NCBI GenBank assembly: GCA_963707915.1
Contig: OY970178.1
Span: forward strand, 1,024,001 to 1,088,000
Direction of reading: 5' to 3'
DNA from: Candidatus Eiseniibacteriota bacterium
GTDB lineage: Bacteria > Eisenbacteria > RBG-16-71-46
DNA length: 64,000 bases
This document shows positions 29,311 to 42,034 of the stretch, in pieces (positions within the stretch are counted from its first letter, which is position 1; each line of letters starts with the position of its first letter). The notes below the pieces were generated by a model. That model was not told the origin of the DNA. It saw only the letters and a program-made list of their open reading frames with translations, and searched no databases. Both the position numbers and the translations under genes were made by a program.

Positions 29311-31628
29311 TCGAGGTTGTCCTCGAGCCAGCGCTGATCCACGAGCACGTCGCGGGCCTTGCTGCCCTGGAAGGGCCCGACCACGCCGAGCTGCTCGAGC
29401 TGGTCCATGAGGCGGCCGGCGCGCGAGTAGCCCACCTTGAGACGGCGCTGCAGCAGCGAGGTCGAGCCCTGCTGGTGGGCGACCACCAGGCGCGCGGCCT
29501 CGCGGATCAGCTCGTCGTCGAAGGAGCCGGCCTCGTCGTCGGTCTCGGCCTCGCTCTCGGCGGCGAGCGCCATGTCGGTGGCCAGCGCGGGCGGCGGCGG
29601 GGCGACGGCCGCCTTCGCCCGCCAGAACTCGACCACCGCCGCGGTCTCCTCCTCGGAGACGTAGGCGCCGTGGATGCGGTAGGGCTCGGGCTTGCCGGCC
29701 GGCGTGAACAGCATGTCGCCGTTGCCGAGCAGGTTCTCGGCCCCGTTCATGTCGAGCACGGTGCGCGAATCGGTCTTGGAGGCGACCTGGAACGCCATCC
29801 GCGAGGGGAAGTTCGCCTTGATGACGCCGGTGATGACGTCCACCGACGGCCGCTGGGTGGCGAGGATGAGGTGGATGCCCACGGCGCGCGCCATCTGCGC
29901 CAGGCGCGCCACCGGCTCCTCGATCTCCTGCGGAGCGGTGAGCATCAGGTCCGCCAGCTCGTCCACCACGATCACCAGGTAGGGCAGCTTCTCGGGCTTG
30001 ACCTCCTTGTCGCGCCGCTCGTCGAACTCCGCCGGCACCAGCCCGGCCGCGACCTTGTCGTTGTAGCCGGCGATGTTCCGCGCCCCGACCTTCGCCATGA
30101 GCTTGTAGCGCGTCTCCATCTCGCCGACGGCGCTGCGCAGCGCGCTGGCGGCCTTCTTGGCCTGGGTGAGCACCGGGAAGATCAGGTGCGGGATGCCGTT
30201 GTAGGCCGACAGCTCGAGCATCTTGGGGTCCACCATCACGAACCGCAGGGTGGTCTGGTCGTGCTGGAACAGCAGCCCGGTGATGATCGCGTTCAGGCAG
30301 ACGCTCTTGCCCGACCCGGTCGCTCCGGCGACCAGCAGGTGGGGCATCTTGGTCAGGTCGGCGACGAACGGCTGCCCCACCACGTCCACCCCCAGCGGGA
30401 CCTTGAGCGCCGCCTTGCTCGATTCGTATTCGGCCGACGAGAGCACCTCACGCAGATACACCGTGCGGCGCCGCCGGTTCGGAATCTCCACTCCCACCGC
30501 GGCCTTGCCGGGGATGGGAGCCAGGATGCGGATGCGCTGGGCCCGCAGCGCCATGGCCAGGTCGTCCTCGCGCGAGACGATCTGGCTGACCTTGACCCCG
30601 GGCGCCGGCTCGAACTCGAAGGTCGTCACGACCGGTCCCGGGTGGATCTCGGTCACGTGGCCCTGCACGTCGAAGTCCGCCAGCTTGGAAGTCAGCAGGT
30701 TGGCCTCGACCGTGAGGTCCTCCGTGGTGACGATGTCCTCGATCTGCAGCGGCATCTCGAGCAGGCTGAGCGAGGGGAAGGCCTCGGTGGGCACCTCGCG
30801 CGGCTTGTCGTCCCCCGCCGCCGCGACCGGCCGGAGCTTCGCCTCCCTGGGCTTCGGCCGCGCGTCGATCTTGAGGCCGACCGGCGGCGGCAGGTCCAGC
30901 TGGTCGAGGCGGCCGGACGGGGCCGGCGGCTGGGAGCTGATGCGCGGCCGGACCGGGGCCTCTGCGGGATCCTGTTCCTCCCTGGCGTTCGGCGGCCTCG
31001 GCCCGCCGGCCTTGGGCGGAGCGGACTTCGGCCTCGGCTTCGCCTTCTGCTCGCGGGCGCGCGCTTCGCGCCACTGGCCCCAGGCCGCGCCGAGCCCGAC
31101 GGCCGGGTCCACCACCGCGCGCCGCGCGATCCGCGCGATCCAGTGGAATCCCAGCTCGCTGGCCACCAGCACGCTCACGCCGAACACGGTCCCGGCCACG
31201 ATCCACGAGCCCACCTCACCCAGCGCCGAGCGCAGGGCGAGCGCCCCGGCGAAGCCCCACGATCCCGCCCATGCCAGGCGGTCGAGATCGCCCAGGCCGA
31301 GCAGCGTGCAGACCTCGAAGAGGATCAGCGCTCCGATGAGCGACGAGATGACCAGCGGGCCCGGCTTGTTGCCCCGCACCCGGTTCCAGGCCCAGCACGC
31401 GCTGAGCAGGGGCACGCCGTACGAGGCGAAGCGGCCGAAGGTCCAGACCAGGATGGTGGCCAGCGCGGCCCCCACCGGGCCGCAGGCGTTGGGAGGCGTC
31501 CACGGGCCGCGCCCCAGCAACGGCTCCTGCCAGGTGGCCACGCTCATGAGCGAGAGCACGGCGAAGGCCGCCAGCAGCAAGCCGACGATCTTGAGTTGCA
31601 GGCCGGTGGAGAGGGACTTGGAAGCCAT
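29307..31628 (-). CDS. ftsK: DNA translocase FtsK/SpoIIIE
   Basis: N-terminal TM domain, PHLLVAGATGSGKS, VVDELADLM, ATQRPSVDVITG, gamma domain LQRRLKVGYSRAGRLMD; start ATG 31628. Confidence 0.96.
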   Translation of the reverse strand: MASKSLSTGLQLKIVGLLLAAFAVLSLMSVATWQEPLLGRGPWTPPNACGPVGAALATILVWTFGRFASYGVPLLSACWAWNRVRGNKPGPLVISSLIGALILFEVCTLLGLGDLDRLAWAGSWGFAGALALRSALGEVGSWIVAGTVFGVSVLVASELGFHWIARIARRAVVDPAVGLGAAWGQWREARAREQKAKPRPKSAPPKAGGPRPPNAREEQDPAEAPVRPRISSQPPAPSGRLDQLDLPPPVGLKIDARPKPREAKLRPVAAAGDDKPREVPTEAFPSLSLLEMPLQIEDIVTTEDLTVEANLLTSKLADFDVQGHVTEIHPGPVVTTFEFEPAPGVKVSQIVSREDDLAMALRAQRIRILAPIPGKAAVGVEIPNRRRRTVYLREVLSSAEYESSKAALKVPLGVDVVGQPFVADLTKMPHLLVAGATGSGKSVCLNAIITGLLFQHDQTTLRFVMVDPKMLELSAYNGIPHLIFPVLTQAKKAASALRSAVGEMETRYKLMAKVGARNIAGYNDKVAAGLVPAEFDERRDKEVKPEKLPYLVIVVDELADLMLTAPQEIEEPVARLAQMARAVGIHLILATQRPSVDVITGVIKANFPSRMAFQVASKTDSRTVLDMNGAENLLGNGDMLFTPAGKPEPYRIHGAYVSEEETAAVVEFWRAKAAVAPPPPALATDMALAAESEAETDDEAGSFDDELIREAARLVVAHQQGSTSLLQRRLKVGYSRAGRLMDQLEQLGVVGPFQGSKARDVLVDQRWLEDNLE

Positions 31629-31769
31629 GCGCGTTCGAGAGCCTCCCTGCCTGGGAAGGGGCGCCTCGCGGATCGGAGGCCGCACACTCGCGCCCCGCAG
31701 CAGGCCGGCGACAGGGACGCCGGGCCCGGTTCCCCGCCTCCCTGGCGGGTCACGCCAGCCCATGATGCC

Positions 31770-32339
31770 TCAGGCGGGGGAAACGGGCAATCCGCCCTGG
31801 CCTGCCTTCGCCTCCAGCAGCACCACCGTCTGCCAGAGCCGGGGCAGGTGCAGGTGCTTCGTGAAGTGGCCGGGGAACACGCTCCAGGAACGCACGCGGA
31901 AACGGGATGCGAACTCCCACGGGTACCAGCCCGAGCGATGCGTCTCGTAGGGCTGGCCGGGGACCTCCTGCGGGCGGAAGCCCCACGGCGTGGCGACCAG
32001 CACCCGGCGGGACCGGCGCGCCAGCGCCTCGAGCAGCGTCCACGCCTCGGCCTTCTCCAGGTGCTCGATCGCGTCCACGCAGACCGCCAGGTCGTAGTGC
32101 GGCGCGTCGGCGGGGAGCAGCGACTCGAGCCGGCGCAGGTCGCCGAGGTAGACGTGATCGTAGACCGGGTAGCGCGGCGGGTTGGCGTCCACCGCGTCGA
32201 GGCGCGCAGGGGCCGCGTACTCGCGGGTCATCACGCCGTACTTGCCGTAGCCTGCTCCCACGTCGAGCACGCTCGCCGGCTGCTCGCGGGCGATGACGTC
32301 CACGATCCAGGGGATCTGCCAGTGCTCGGAGGTCGGCAT
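31770..32339 (-). CDS. Class I SAM-dependent methyltransferase
   Basis: SVLDVGAGYGKYG motif I, YDLAVCVDAIEHL, VLVATP; start ATG 32339. Confidence 0.82.
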   Translation of the reverse strand: MPTSEHWQIPWIVDVIAREQPASVLDVGAGYGKYGVMTREYAAPARLDAVDANPPRYPVYDHVYLGDLRRLESLLPADAPHYDLAVCVDAIEHLEKAEAWTLLEALARRSRRVLVATPWGFRPQEVPGQPYETHRSGWYPWEFASRFRVRSWSVFPGHFTKHLHLPRLWQTVVLLEAKAGQGGLPVSPA

Positions 32340-32413
32340 GACGGCGTTGCCTCGGTCTGGGGTGCGGCGGGGCGCGCGGAGCGCGGGCAACGTAGCACAC
32401 GCCCCGTGCGGCG

Positions 32414-33013
32414 TCAGGTGCCGGAGGCGCCCCCGAGGCGCGCCCAGCCCGTGCCCTCGTGGCCGAAGCGGAACGCCGCGGGGTGCAGCATCTCGGCGAT
32501 CGCCTCGAGCACTTCGGCGACCTGGGGTCCCGGCCGGCTGAAGAACGTCGCCCCGTCGGCCACGTGGACCCGGCCCTCGCGCGCCGCGCGCAGCGCCTGC
32601 CAGTCGGGCCGCGACGCGAGCGAACGGGCCGCGGCCAGCGCGGCGGGCAGCCCCATCCCGGCCGGCGCGAGGATGACGACATCCGGGTCGGCGCGCCCGA
32701 GGTCCGGCGCGGCCAGGGCCCGCGGCACGGCGCCGGATGCTCCCAGGGCGTCCTCGCCCCCGGCCAGCGCCACGAGTTCCACGATCCAGCCGGGCGCGGC
32801 GAGGGCCGGGTCCAGTCCCGCGATGCAGGCCACGCGCGGGTGCCCGGGCTGCTGGGCGGCGCGCAGCGTGACGGCCTCGATCCGGGTCCGCAGGCGCGTG
32901 ATCAGCTGCACGCCCCGCTCGGGCACGCCGAGCGAGTCGGAAACGCGCCGCAGGTCGGTCCAGAGGTCGGCCAGCGCGGGCGGCTGAGCCGGGACGTGGC
33001 GCACGGTGGACAT
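32414..33013 (-). CDS. BtuF/cobalamin-siderophore-binding-like protein, apparently the C-terminal portion only
   Basis: PRVACIAGLDP...[49 protein letters not shown] resemble helical-backbone SBPs; no signal peptide or N-terminal RIVSL-type lobe. Confidence 0.65.
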   Translation of the reverse strand: MSTVRHVPAQPPALADLWTDLRRVSDSLGVPERGVQLITRLRTRIEAVTLRAAQQPGHPRVACIAGLDPALAAPGWIVELVALAGGEDALGASGAVPRALAAPDLGRADPDVVILAPAGMGLPAALAAARSLASRPDWQALRAAREGRVHVADGATFFSRPGPQVAEVLEAIAEMLHPAAFRFGHEGTGWARLGGASGT

Positions 33014-33185
33014 GGGGCCTCGACGGGCTGCGGACGCCCGGAAGGCGGTCTCCTTCGGATGAGGGATCGGCACTCGCGACTGGCATCCCCTACTACACCG
33101 GACGCCACCCGCCGGTTCGCCGCTCGTCGCGCCACCGCGCCCGCCGCGCGTGCACGTGCCCGTCCCCATGGGGTAGCCTCGCCCG

Positions 33186-35606
33186 ATGCCCGACCCGGCG
33201 AGCCTTCCCGTCATCGGCTTCGTCCTCGTGGCGGCCGCCGCCCTCCTGGCCCGCGGCCGCACCGGGGCCCGCGCCGTCCCGTTCGCGCTCGGCGCCCTCG
33301 GCGTGGCCTTCGCGGCCCTCGTGCTGTTCGAGCGCTCCGGCGCCGCCCTGCCGGCCAGCTCGGCGCTGGCCGCCCTGGCCCGCACCCTGGCCACCGCTGC
33401 CGCGCTCGTGCTGTGGGGAGCGCTCTGCGTGCTCGCGTTCCACCGGGCCCGGCGCCGCGACCTCGTGGTCATCGCGATCTTCGGGCTGTTCACGGCGCTC
33501 GTCCTGTCGGAACCGGGACGCCCCGTCGGCATCTCCCTCCTGCTCGCGCTGCCGATGATCGCGCGCTGGCGCTGGCAGGACTCCGCCGGGCGGCGTGCCC
33601 AGGGCCTCGCCCTGCTCGCAGCCTTCCTCCTGCCGATCCTGGCGTTCGCGCCGGTGCCGGGGGATCGCGCCGCCGAGACCGCGGCCGGCTTCGGGCTCGT
33701 CCGCTTCGCCGCCTGGGCACGGGAACTCGCCGGCCTCTACTTCCTGCTCGCGCTGCCCGGGCTGCTGCAGCGGTGGAGCGTCCGGGTGCGCCGCGTGAGC
33801 CGGCGGCTCGCCCTCCTGCTGGTGCTGAGCGGCGTCGTGCCGGTGCTGCTGGTGACGACCATGTGGGGCTTCAGCACCCAACTCGGAGTGCGTGCCGAGC
33901 GCGCCGTGTTCGCCACCCGGCTGGTCGAGCAGGCGGCCGAGGGCCTGCGCGCCTCGCTGGGCGTCGCGCGTGCGGCGCGACCCGCGCGGCCCGACGCGCT
34001 CCTCGCGGTGGCCGCGACCCACCCTCGCTGGCCCGGCATGCGGCTCTGGCGCAACGGCGTCCGCCTCCGCGGCGAGCCGATCGACGACGAGGCCGTGCTG
34101 AGGCAGTGGCCGGACTCGCTGCCCCAGGGAACCACCCTCGCGCTGGGGCCCGACCTCTGGCTCGGGGCGCGTGCCGCGGGCGCCGGCGGCGACACGCTGA
34201 CCGCCCTGGTCCCGCTGAAGGAGGTGCTCGACACCGACATCCAGCGGCTGGTGGGCGCGCGGCTCTCCCTGTCGCCGCCGATCGCGGCGGATTCGCTCGG
34301 CGAGCTGACCGGCGTGACGCCGGCCTCGCCGGATACCGGCGAAGTCCGCGAGGACTCGCTGCCGGCCACGGCGGGTGGCGCGGGCGGGGATTCCACCCGG
34401 ATCACGCTGACCGTCGGCGGCCGGCGGCTGGCGGCGGGCGGTGGGTTCAGCATCACCGAGGGTCACGGCCTGCTCAAGTGCCTCCGCTGGGACGGGCGGC
34501 GATGGACCCGGGAGGAGAGCCTGCTCTCGGCCGACGTGCACTGGAGCGCCGCGGCCCTCGGGCTCTACTCCGGGATCCGCGAGAACCCGGCGGCGGTCCT
34601 GTCGCTGGCCCTCCTGGGCCTGCTCGCGCTGCTGCTCGCGATGCTGGCCGGAACCGACCTCGGCATGGTGCGCGCGCTCGGGCGCAGCATCACGGCCGCG
34701 GTCGCCGCGCTGCGGCAGGGCGCCGAGCGTCTCGAAGCCGGCGATCTCTCCCACCGGATCCCGGTCGAGGGCCAGGACGACCTTTGGGACGTGGCCGGGG
34801 CGTTCAACCGGATGGCCGTCGGGCTCGAGCGCGGGCGGCTGCTGGAGATCGAGCGGCAGCGCACCGAGGACGAGCTGGCGCTGGCGCGTCGCATCCAGGC
34901 GCGGCTGCTGCCGGCCGGCCCGCCGGCGGTCGCGGGGCTCGAGCTGGCCGGCACGAGCGAGTCCGCGCGCGAGGTGGGCGGCGACTACTACGACTACCTG
35001 CCGCTCGGGGACGGGCGCGTGGCGCTCGTCGTCGCCGACGTGTCGGGCAAGGGCGCCGGCGCCGCGCTGCTCATGTCGGGCTTCCGCGCCTCGCTCCTGA
35101 GCCAGGACCTCGCCGGCACCGGCCTGGCGGAGGTCGTCGGCCGGCTGAACCACTTCCTCCATCGCAGCGTCGAGCCGGGCCGTTTCGTCACCGCCTTCCT
35201 CGGCGTGCTCGACGGACGCGACGGCCGGCTGGTCTACTGCAACGCGGGGCACAACGCCCCGTTGCTGGTCGGTGCCGACGGCGGCGTGACACCGCTCGAG
35301 ACCGGGGGGCTCATCCTCGGGATCCTCGCCCACAGCCCCTACGAGACCGGCGAGGCGGTGCTCGAACCGGAGGGGCGGCTGGTGCTCTACACCGACGGGG
35401 TGACCGAGGCCGCGAACGAGGCCGACGAACTGTGGGGCGAGGAGCGGCTGATCGAACTGCTCCGCAGCATGAGCGGGGCCCCCTGCGCCGGCGTGGTGTC
35501 CCGGATCGTCGAGGAGGTGCGCCGCTTCGAGGGCTCGCGCGGCGCCTCGGACGACGTGACGCTGGTGGTGGCACGGCGGGCCCCGGCAGGCCCCGGACCG
35601 GCCTGA
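33186..35606 (+). CDS. Membrane-bound SpoIIE/RsbU-type PP2C phosphatase with HAMP domain
   Basis: Multiple TM helices, HAMP (GDLSHRIPVEGQDDLWDVAGAFNRMA), EVGGDYYD, ADVSGKG, CNAGH, LYTDGVTEA, DDVTLVV. Confidence 0.92.
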   Translation: MPDPASLPVIGFVLVAAAALLARGRTGARAVPFALGALGVAFAALVLFERSGAALPASSALAALARTLATAAALVLWGALCVLAFHRARRRDLVVIAIFGLFTALVLSEPGRPVGISLLLALPMIARWRWQDSAGRRAQGLALLAAFLLPILAFAPVPGDRAAETAAGFGLVRFAAWARELAGLYFLLALPGLLQRWSVRVRRVSRRLALLLVLSGVVPVLLVTTMWGFSTQLGVRAERAVFATRLVEQAAEGLRASLGVARAARPARPDALLAVAATHPRWPGMRLWRNGVRLRGEPIDDEAVLRQWPDSLPQGTTLALGPDLWLGARAAGAGGDTLTALVPLKEVLDTDIQRLVGARLSLSPPIAADSLGELTGVTPASPDTGEVREDSLPATAGGAGGDSTRITLTVGGRRLAAGGGFSITEGHGLLKCLRWDGRRWTREESLLSADVHWSAAALGLYSGIRENPAAVLSLALLGLLALLLAMLAGTDLGMVRALGRSITAAVAALRQGAERLEAGDLSHRIPVEGQDDLWDVAGAFNRMAVGLERGRLLEIERQRTEDELALARRIQARLLPAGPPAVAGLELAGTSESAREVGGDYYDYLPLGDGRVALVVADVSGKGAGAALLMSGFRASLLSQDLAGTGLAEVVGRLNHFLHRSVEPGRFVTAFLGVLDGRDGRLVYCNAGHNAPLLVGADGGVTPLETGGLILGILAHSPYETGEAVLEPEGRLVLYTDGVTEAANEADELWGEERLIELLRSMSGAPCAGVVSRIVEEVRRFEGSRGASDDVTLVVARRAPAGPGPA

Positions 35607-35837
35607 GTCACGCGGCCTCCCGGACATTCGGCGGTTGCTCACCCGCCGGTGCTCGGGTACATTGCGCCGTCCTTCCAACTTTGGACGGCCCGTGCCGCGC
35701 GGGCCGCCGGGGCGGGAGGTCCGAATCGCTCCACCGACCGGGTGCCCCCTTCCATAGCGCGGACGCTTGCGCCATCCGTTCGGTGAGTCCCCTCCGGCGC
35801 GAGCCGGGTGCTTCAAGCACTGCCGAAGGAGCGTCGC

Positions 35838-38292
<2,455 letters not shown>

Positions 38293-38310
38293 CCCCGCCT
38301 CCGACCCCCA

Positions 38311-38343
38311 CGCGCCCGCGGGACCCCGAGTCCCGCGGGCGCG
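38311..38343 (+). terminator. GC-rich hairpin after hppA
   Basis: CGCGCCCGCGGGA...TCCCGCGGGCGCG 13-bp stem; no U tract. Confidence 0.45.
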
Positions 38344-38495
38344 GCGCCCCCGGCTCCCGCCCGGCGCCCTTCCCCACCGCCGCTGCCCGCTCCTTCCGCG
38401 CCGGCCCCGGCTCTGGTATTCCTTCCGCGGGTTCATCGCCTCCTCGCCCGGGGACCGCCCGTCCCCTGCTCGTGGACCACCCAGGAGAACGTCCC

Positions 38496-40298
38496 ATGCT
38501 CGCCCCCCCGCTGCGCCATGCCGGCGTCACCGCCGCGTGCGGCCTCGTCCTGCTGCTCGCGGCCGGCCCGGCCCCCGCGGCCCCCGCCCGCCCCGGGCCC
38601 CGGCCCGCCCCGGCGGTCGCGACCCCCGGCCTGCCGGTCGAGGAGCACGTGCTCTCGAACGGCATGAAGATCCTGCTCGTGCCCCAGCACCTCGCGCCCA
38701 CCGTCTCGGGCGTCTGGGTGGCCCACGTCGGCTCGGTCAACGAGTCGCCCGGCATCACCGGCATCTCGCACCTGTTCGAGCACATGATGTTCAAGGGCAC
38801 GCACGTCATCGGCACGCGCGACTACGAGAAGGACGTCCGCCTGATCGACGAGCAGGAGCGCGTGCGCGAGGAGATGCGCGCGGAACTGACGAAGATGCGG
38901 CTCGCCCAGCGGCGCGGCGAGATCGAGGACCTCACGAAGCCCGAGAGCCGCACGCCGCGCTACCGGGAGCTCGAGGCGCGCTTCGACTCGCTGGTCGCGG
39001 AACAGCGCGCCAACATGATCAAGAACGAGTTCAACCTGGTGCTGCAGCGGAACGGCGCCACCGGGATCAACGCCTTCACCACCGAGGACCTGACCGCCTA
39101 CTTCGAGACCCTGCCGGCCAACAAGCTCGAGCTGTGGTTCTGGATGGAGGCGGACCGGATCCGGAACCGCGTGTTCCGCGAGTTCTACTCGGAGCGCGAC
39201 GTGGTCTTCGAGGAGCGCCGCCGCGGCGTCGAGTCCACGCCCACCGGCAAGTTCGACGAATCGCTCAACTCCACCTTCTGGACCTCGAGCCCCTACACCT
39301 GGGACGTCATCGGCTGGCCGAGCGACCTGGCGGCCATCACCAAGGCGCAGGCCGACGACTACTATTCGAAGTTCTACGCGCCGCAGAACCTCACGGCCAT
39401 GCTGATCGGCGACTTCGAGCCCCGGACGGCGCTGGCGCTGGCCGAGAGGTACTTCGGCTCGATCCCGCCGGGGACGCAGCCGGTCCCCGAGATGATCACC
39501 ACCGAGACCCCCTCGGTCGCCGAGAAGCGCTTCTACGCCGAGGCCGAGACCAACCCGGCCGCGGAGATCCGCTGGCACACGGTGGCGTTCGTCCACCAGG
39601 ACGTCCCGGCGCTGCTCGCGCTCGAGCAGGTGCTCGACGGACCGACCGGCCGGCTGCAGAAGGGCCTCGTGCTGGGTGGCGGCGTCGCCACCAGCGCCCG
39701 GGCGAACTGCGATCCGCGCAAGTACGAGGGGCTGTTCTCGATCCAGGCCGAGTGCAAGGAGGGCCGCACTCCCGAGGAGCTGGAGAAGGCGATCTACGCC
39801 GAGCTCGAGAAGCTCCAGAAGGACCCGGTCCCGGCCGACGAGCTGCAGAAGGTCAAGAACCGCTACCTGACCGACGCCTACCGGCAGATGGGCGGCGGCT
39901 TCCTGCTGTTGTTCCGCTACGTGCTGGCCGAGGGCCGCGGCACCTGGCGCGACGCCGACCGCATCGACCAGGCGGTGCAGGCAGTCACCGCCGCGGACAT
40001 CCAGCAGGTGGCCCGCAAGTACTTCACCCGCGAGAACCGCACGGTCGCGATCTGGACGCGCAAGGGCGGCGCGGGCCCCGAGGACCCGGCGCTCGCCGGC
40101 CTGCCGCCCGAGGCCAAGGGCATGGCCCGGCAGATGCTGGCCCGCATCGACGCCATGACGGACGCCGCGCAGGTGCAGAAGATGCTCGAGCGCCTCGACA
40201 CGATGGGCGCCCAGGTGCCGGCCGAGATGAAGCCGGCGATGGACCTGGTGCGCGCGAAGGCCCAGGCCAAGCTCAACTCGCTCTCGAACCCCAAGTGA
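38496..40298 (+). CDS. M16 (pitrilysin/insulinase) peptidase, catalytic subunit, exported
   Basis: AGGAG SD, signal peptide, LSNGMKILL, GISHLFEHMMFKG (HxxEH), NAFTT, ERDVVFEER. Confidence 0.92.
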   Translation: MLAPPLRHAGVTAACGLVLLLAAGPAPAAPARPGPRPAPAVATPGLPVEEHVLSNGMKILLVPQHLAPTVSGVWVAHVGSVNESPGITGISHLFEHMMFKGTHVIGTRDYEKDVRLIDEQERVREEMRAELTKMRLAQRRGEIEDLTKPESRTPRYRELEARFDSLVAEQRANMIKNEFNLVLQRNGATGINAFTTEDLTAYFETLPANKLELWFWMEADRIRNRVFREFYSERDVVFEERRRGVESTPTGKFDESLNSTFWTSSPYTWDVIGWPSDLAAITKAQADDYYSKFYAPQNLTAMLIGDFEPRTALALAERYFGSIPPGTQPVPEMITTETPSVAEKRFYAEAETNPAAEIRWHTVAFVHQDVPALLALEQVLDGPTGRLQKGLVLGGGVATSARANCDPRKYEGLFSIQAECKEGRTPEELEKAIYAELEKLQKDPVPADELQKVKNRYLTDAYRQMGGGFLLLFRYVLAEGRGTWRDADRIDQAVQAVTAADIQQVARKYFTRENRTVAIWTRKGGAGPEDPALAGLPPEAKGMARQMLARIDAMTDAAQVQKMLERLDTMGAQVPAEMKPAMDLVRAKAQAKLNSLSNPK

Positions 40299-40312
40299 CC
40301 GGAGGAGACGCC

Positions 40313-41882
40313 ATGAATCCCATGAACGCCTTGCGCCGGCCGCTGGCCTGCGCCGGACTGCCCGCCATGCTGCTCGTGGCCGCCACGCTCGCGACGTCGG
40401 CCCCGCCGGCCGCCGCCGCCGACCTGCCGGCGCGCCCGGAGCAGATCCAGTTCCCGACGCTCCGGTACGCACCGCCGAGGGCCGCCGACTACCGCGTGAA
40501 GCTCGCCAACGGCATGGCCGCCTACCTCGCGCCCGACAAGGCCATCCCGCTCGTGACGGTGACCGTGCTGATGCGGGTCGGCCCGGACCTCGACCCGGCG
40601 GGCAAGGAAGGCCTCGCCGCCACCATGGTGCACCTGCTGACGCGCAGCGGGACGCCGACCCTGACCGCCGAGCAACTCGAGGAGCGGGTCGGCTTCCTCG
40701 GCGCCCAGCTCGAATCGGGCATGGGCGGCGGCGGCGGCATGATGGGGCTGGGCGGCGTGCCCATCACCGGCACCGAGTCCCGCGTCACGCTCAACCTGCT
40801 CTCCAAGGACCTCGACGAGGGGCTCGCGCTGCTCACGGCCTGCCTGAAGGGCGCCGCCTTCCAGGAGGACCGGCTCAAGCTGCGCCGGGACCAGCAGCTC
40901 CAGAACATGAAGCAGCGCAACGACGCCACCTCCGACCTCGAGGAGCGCGAGTGGGGCTTCCTGATGCGCGGGGCGGAGCACTGGACGCAACCGCTACCCG
41001 ACCGAGGCCTCGATGAACTCGATCACGCGGGACGACCTGGTCGCGCTGCAGCGGCGCTACGTGGGCCCGCGGAACTTCGTGGTCGCGGTCGCGGGCGACT
41101 TCGACCGCGCCGCCATGAAGGCGAAGCTCGAGAAGGCCTTCGCCGGCTGGCCCACGCCGGGCGAGAACCCCGGTCCGCCGAAGCCGCCGGTGGCCCCCGC
41201 CGCGCAGGGCTGGTACGTCGTCGACAAGGACGTGAACCAGACCCGCGTCTCGCTCGGCCTGCGGGCGCTCGACCGCTACGACCGCGACTTCGCCGCCGCG
41301 CAGGTCATGAACTACGTCCTCGGCGGCGGCGGCTTCACGTCGCGGCTGGTGAACCGCATCCGCTCGGACGAGGGCCTCGCCTACACGGTGCGCTCGAGCT
41401 TCGAGGGCGGCGTCTACTACCCCGACCCGTGGCGCGCGTTCTTCCAGACCAAGGCGCGCTCCACCGCCTTCGCCATCTCGATCGCGCTCACCGAGATCGG
41501 CCGCGTGCGCGACTCGCTGGTCACGCCCGGCGAGCTGGAGACCGCGAAGAACGCGTTGATCGAGGGCTTCCCGGCCCGCTTCCCCACCGCGCAGGCCATC
41601 GCCGGCGCGCTGGCGGCCGACGAGCTGACCGGGCGCTACCAGCAGGATCCCGCCTACTTGGCCCAGTACACCGGCCGCATCGCGGCGGTGACCGCCGAGG
41701 ACGTGCAGCGCGTGGCGCAGCGCCTGCTCGACCCGGCGAAGCTGACGTTCCTGATGGTCGGCAGCGCGAAGGAGACGGTGCTGCCCGACGGCAAGCACGA
41801 CGTGCTGCTGACGAAGCTGGCAGGCGGCGAGCCGAAGCGCCTCCCGCTGCGCGACCCGATGACGATGAAGCCGATGCCGTAG
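40313..41882 (+). pseudogene. M16 peptidase partner (non-catalytic) subunit, interrupted by a one-base frameshift near 40988 (pseudogene or sequencing error)
   Basis: GGAGG SD, signal peptide, LANGMAAYL, no HxxEH, LGGGGFTSRL..RIRSDEGLAY (R/Y pair); frames join if one base is removed at CAC TGG ACG C AAC CGC TAC. Confidence 0.86.
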
Positions 41883-41905
41883 GGCGGCACCGGGTGCAGG
41901 GACAC

Positions 41906-41935
41906 GGAGCCGGGGCGGGCGACCCCCCCGGCTCC
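41906..41935 (+). terminator. Hairpin after the M16 pair
   Basis: GGAGCCGGGG...CCCCGGCTCC 10-bp stem; no U tract. Confidence 0.45.
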
Positions 41936-42034
41936 GCCCATACCCCTTGCCCGCCACCCCGGGCACGGCGCTATGCTCCGCGGCGGCGGTCGGCGCCGCG
42001 CCGGTACCGCGCCACCCACTCCGGGAGGTGAATC

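Noticed and set aside
41947..41977. TTGCCC...TATGCT promoter upstream of the DinB-family gene
   Set aside because: 19-nt spacer and weak -35; not enough support.
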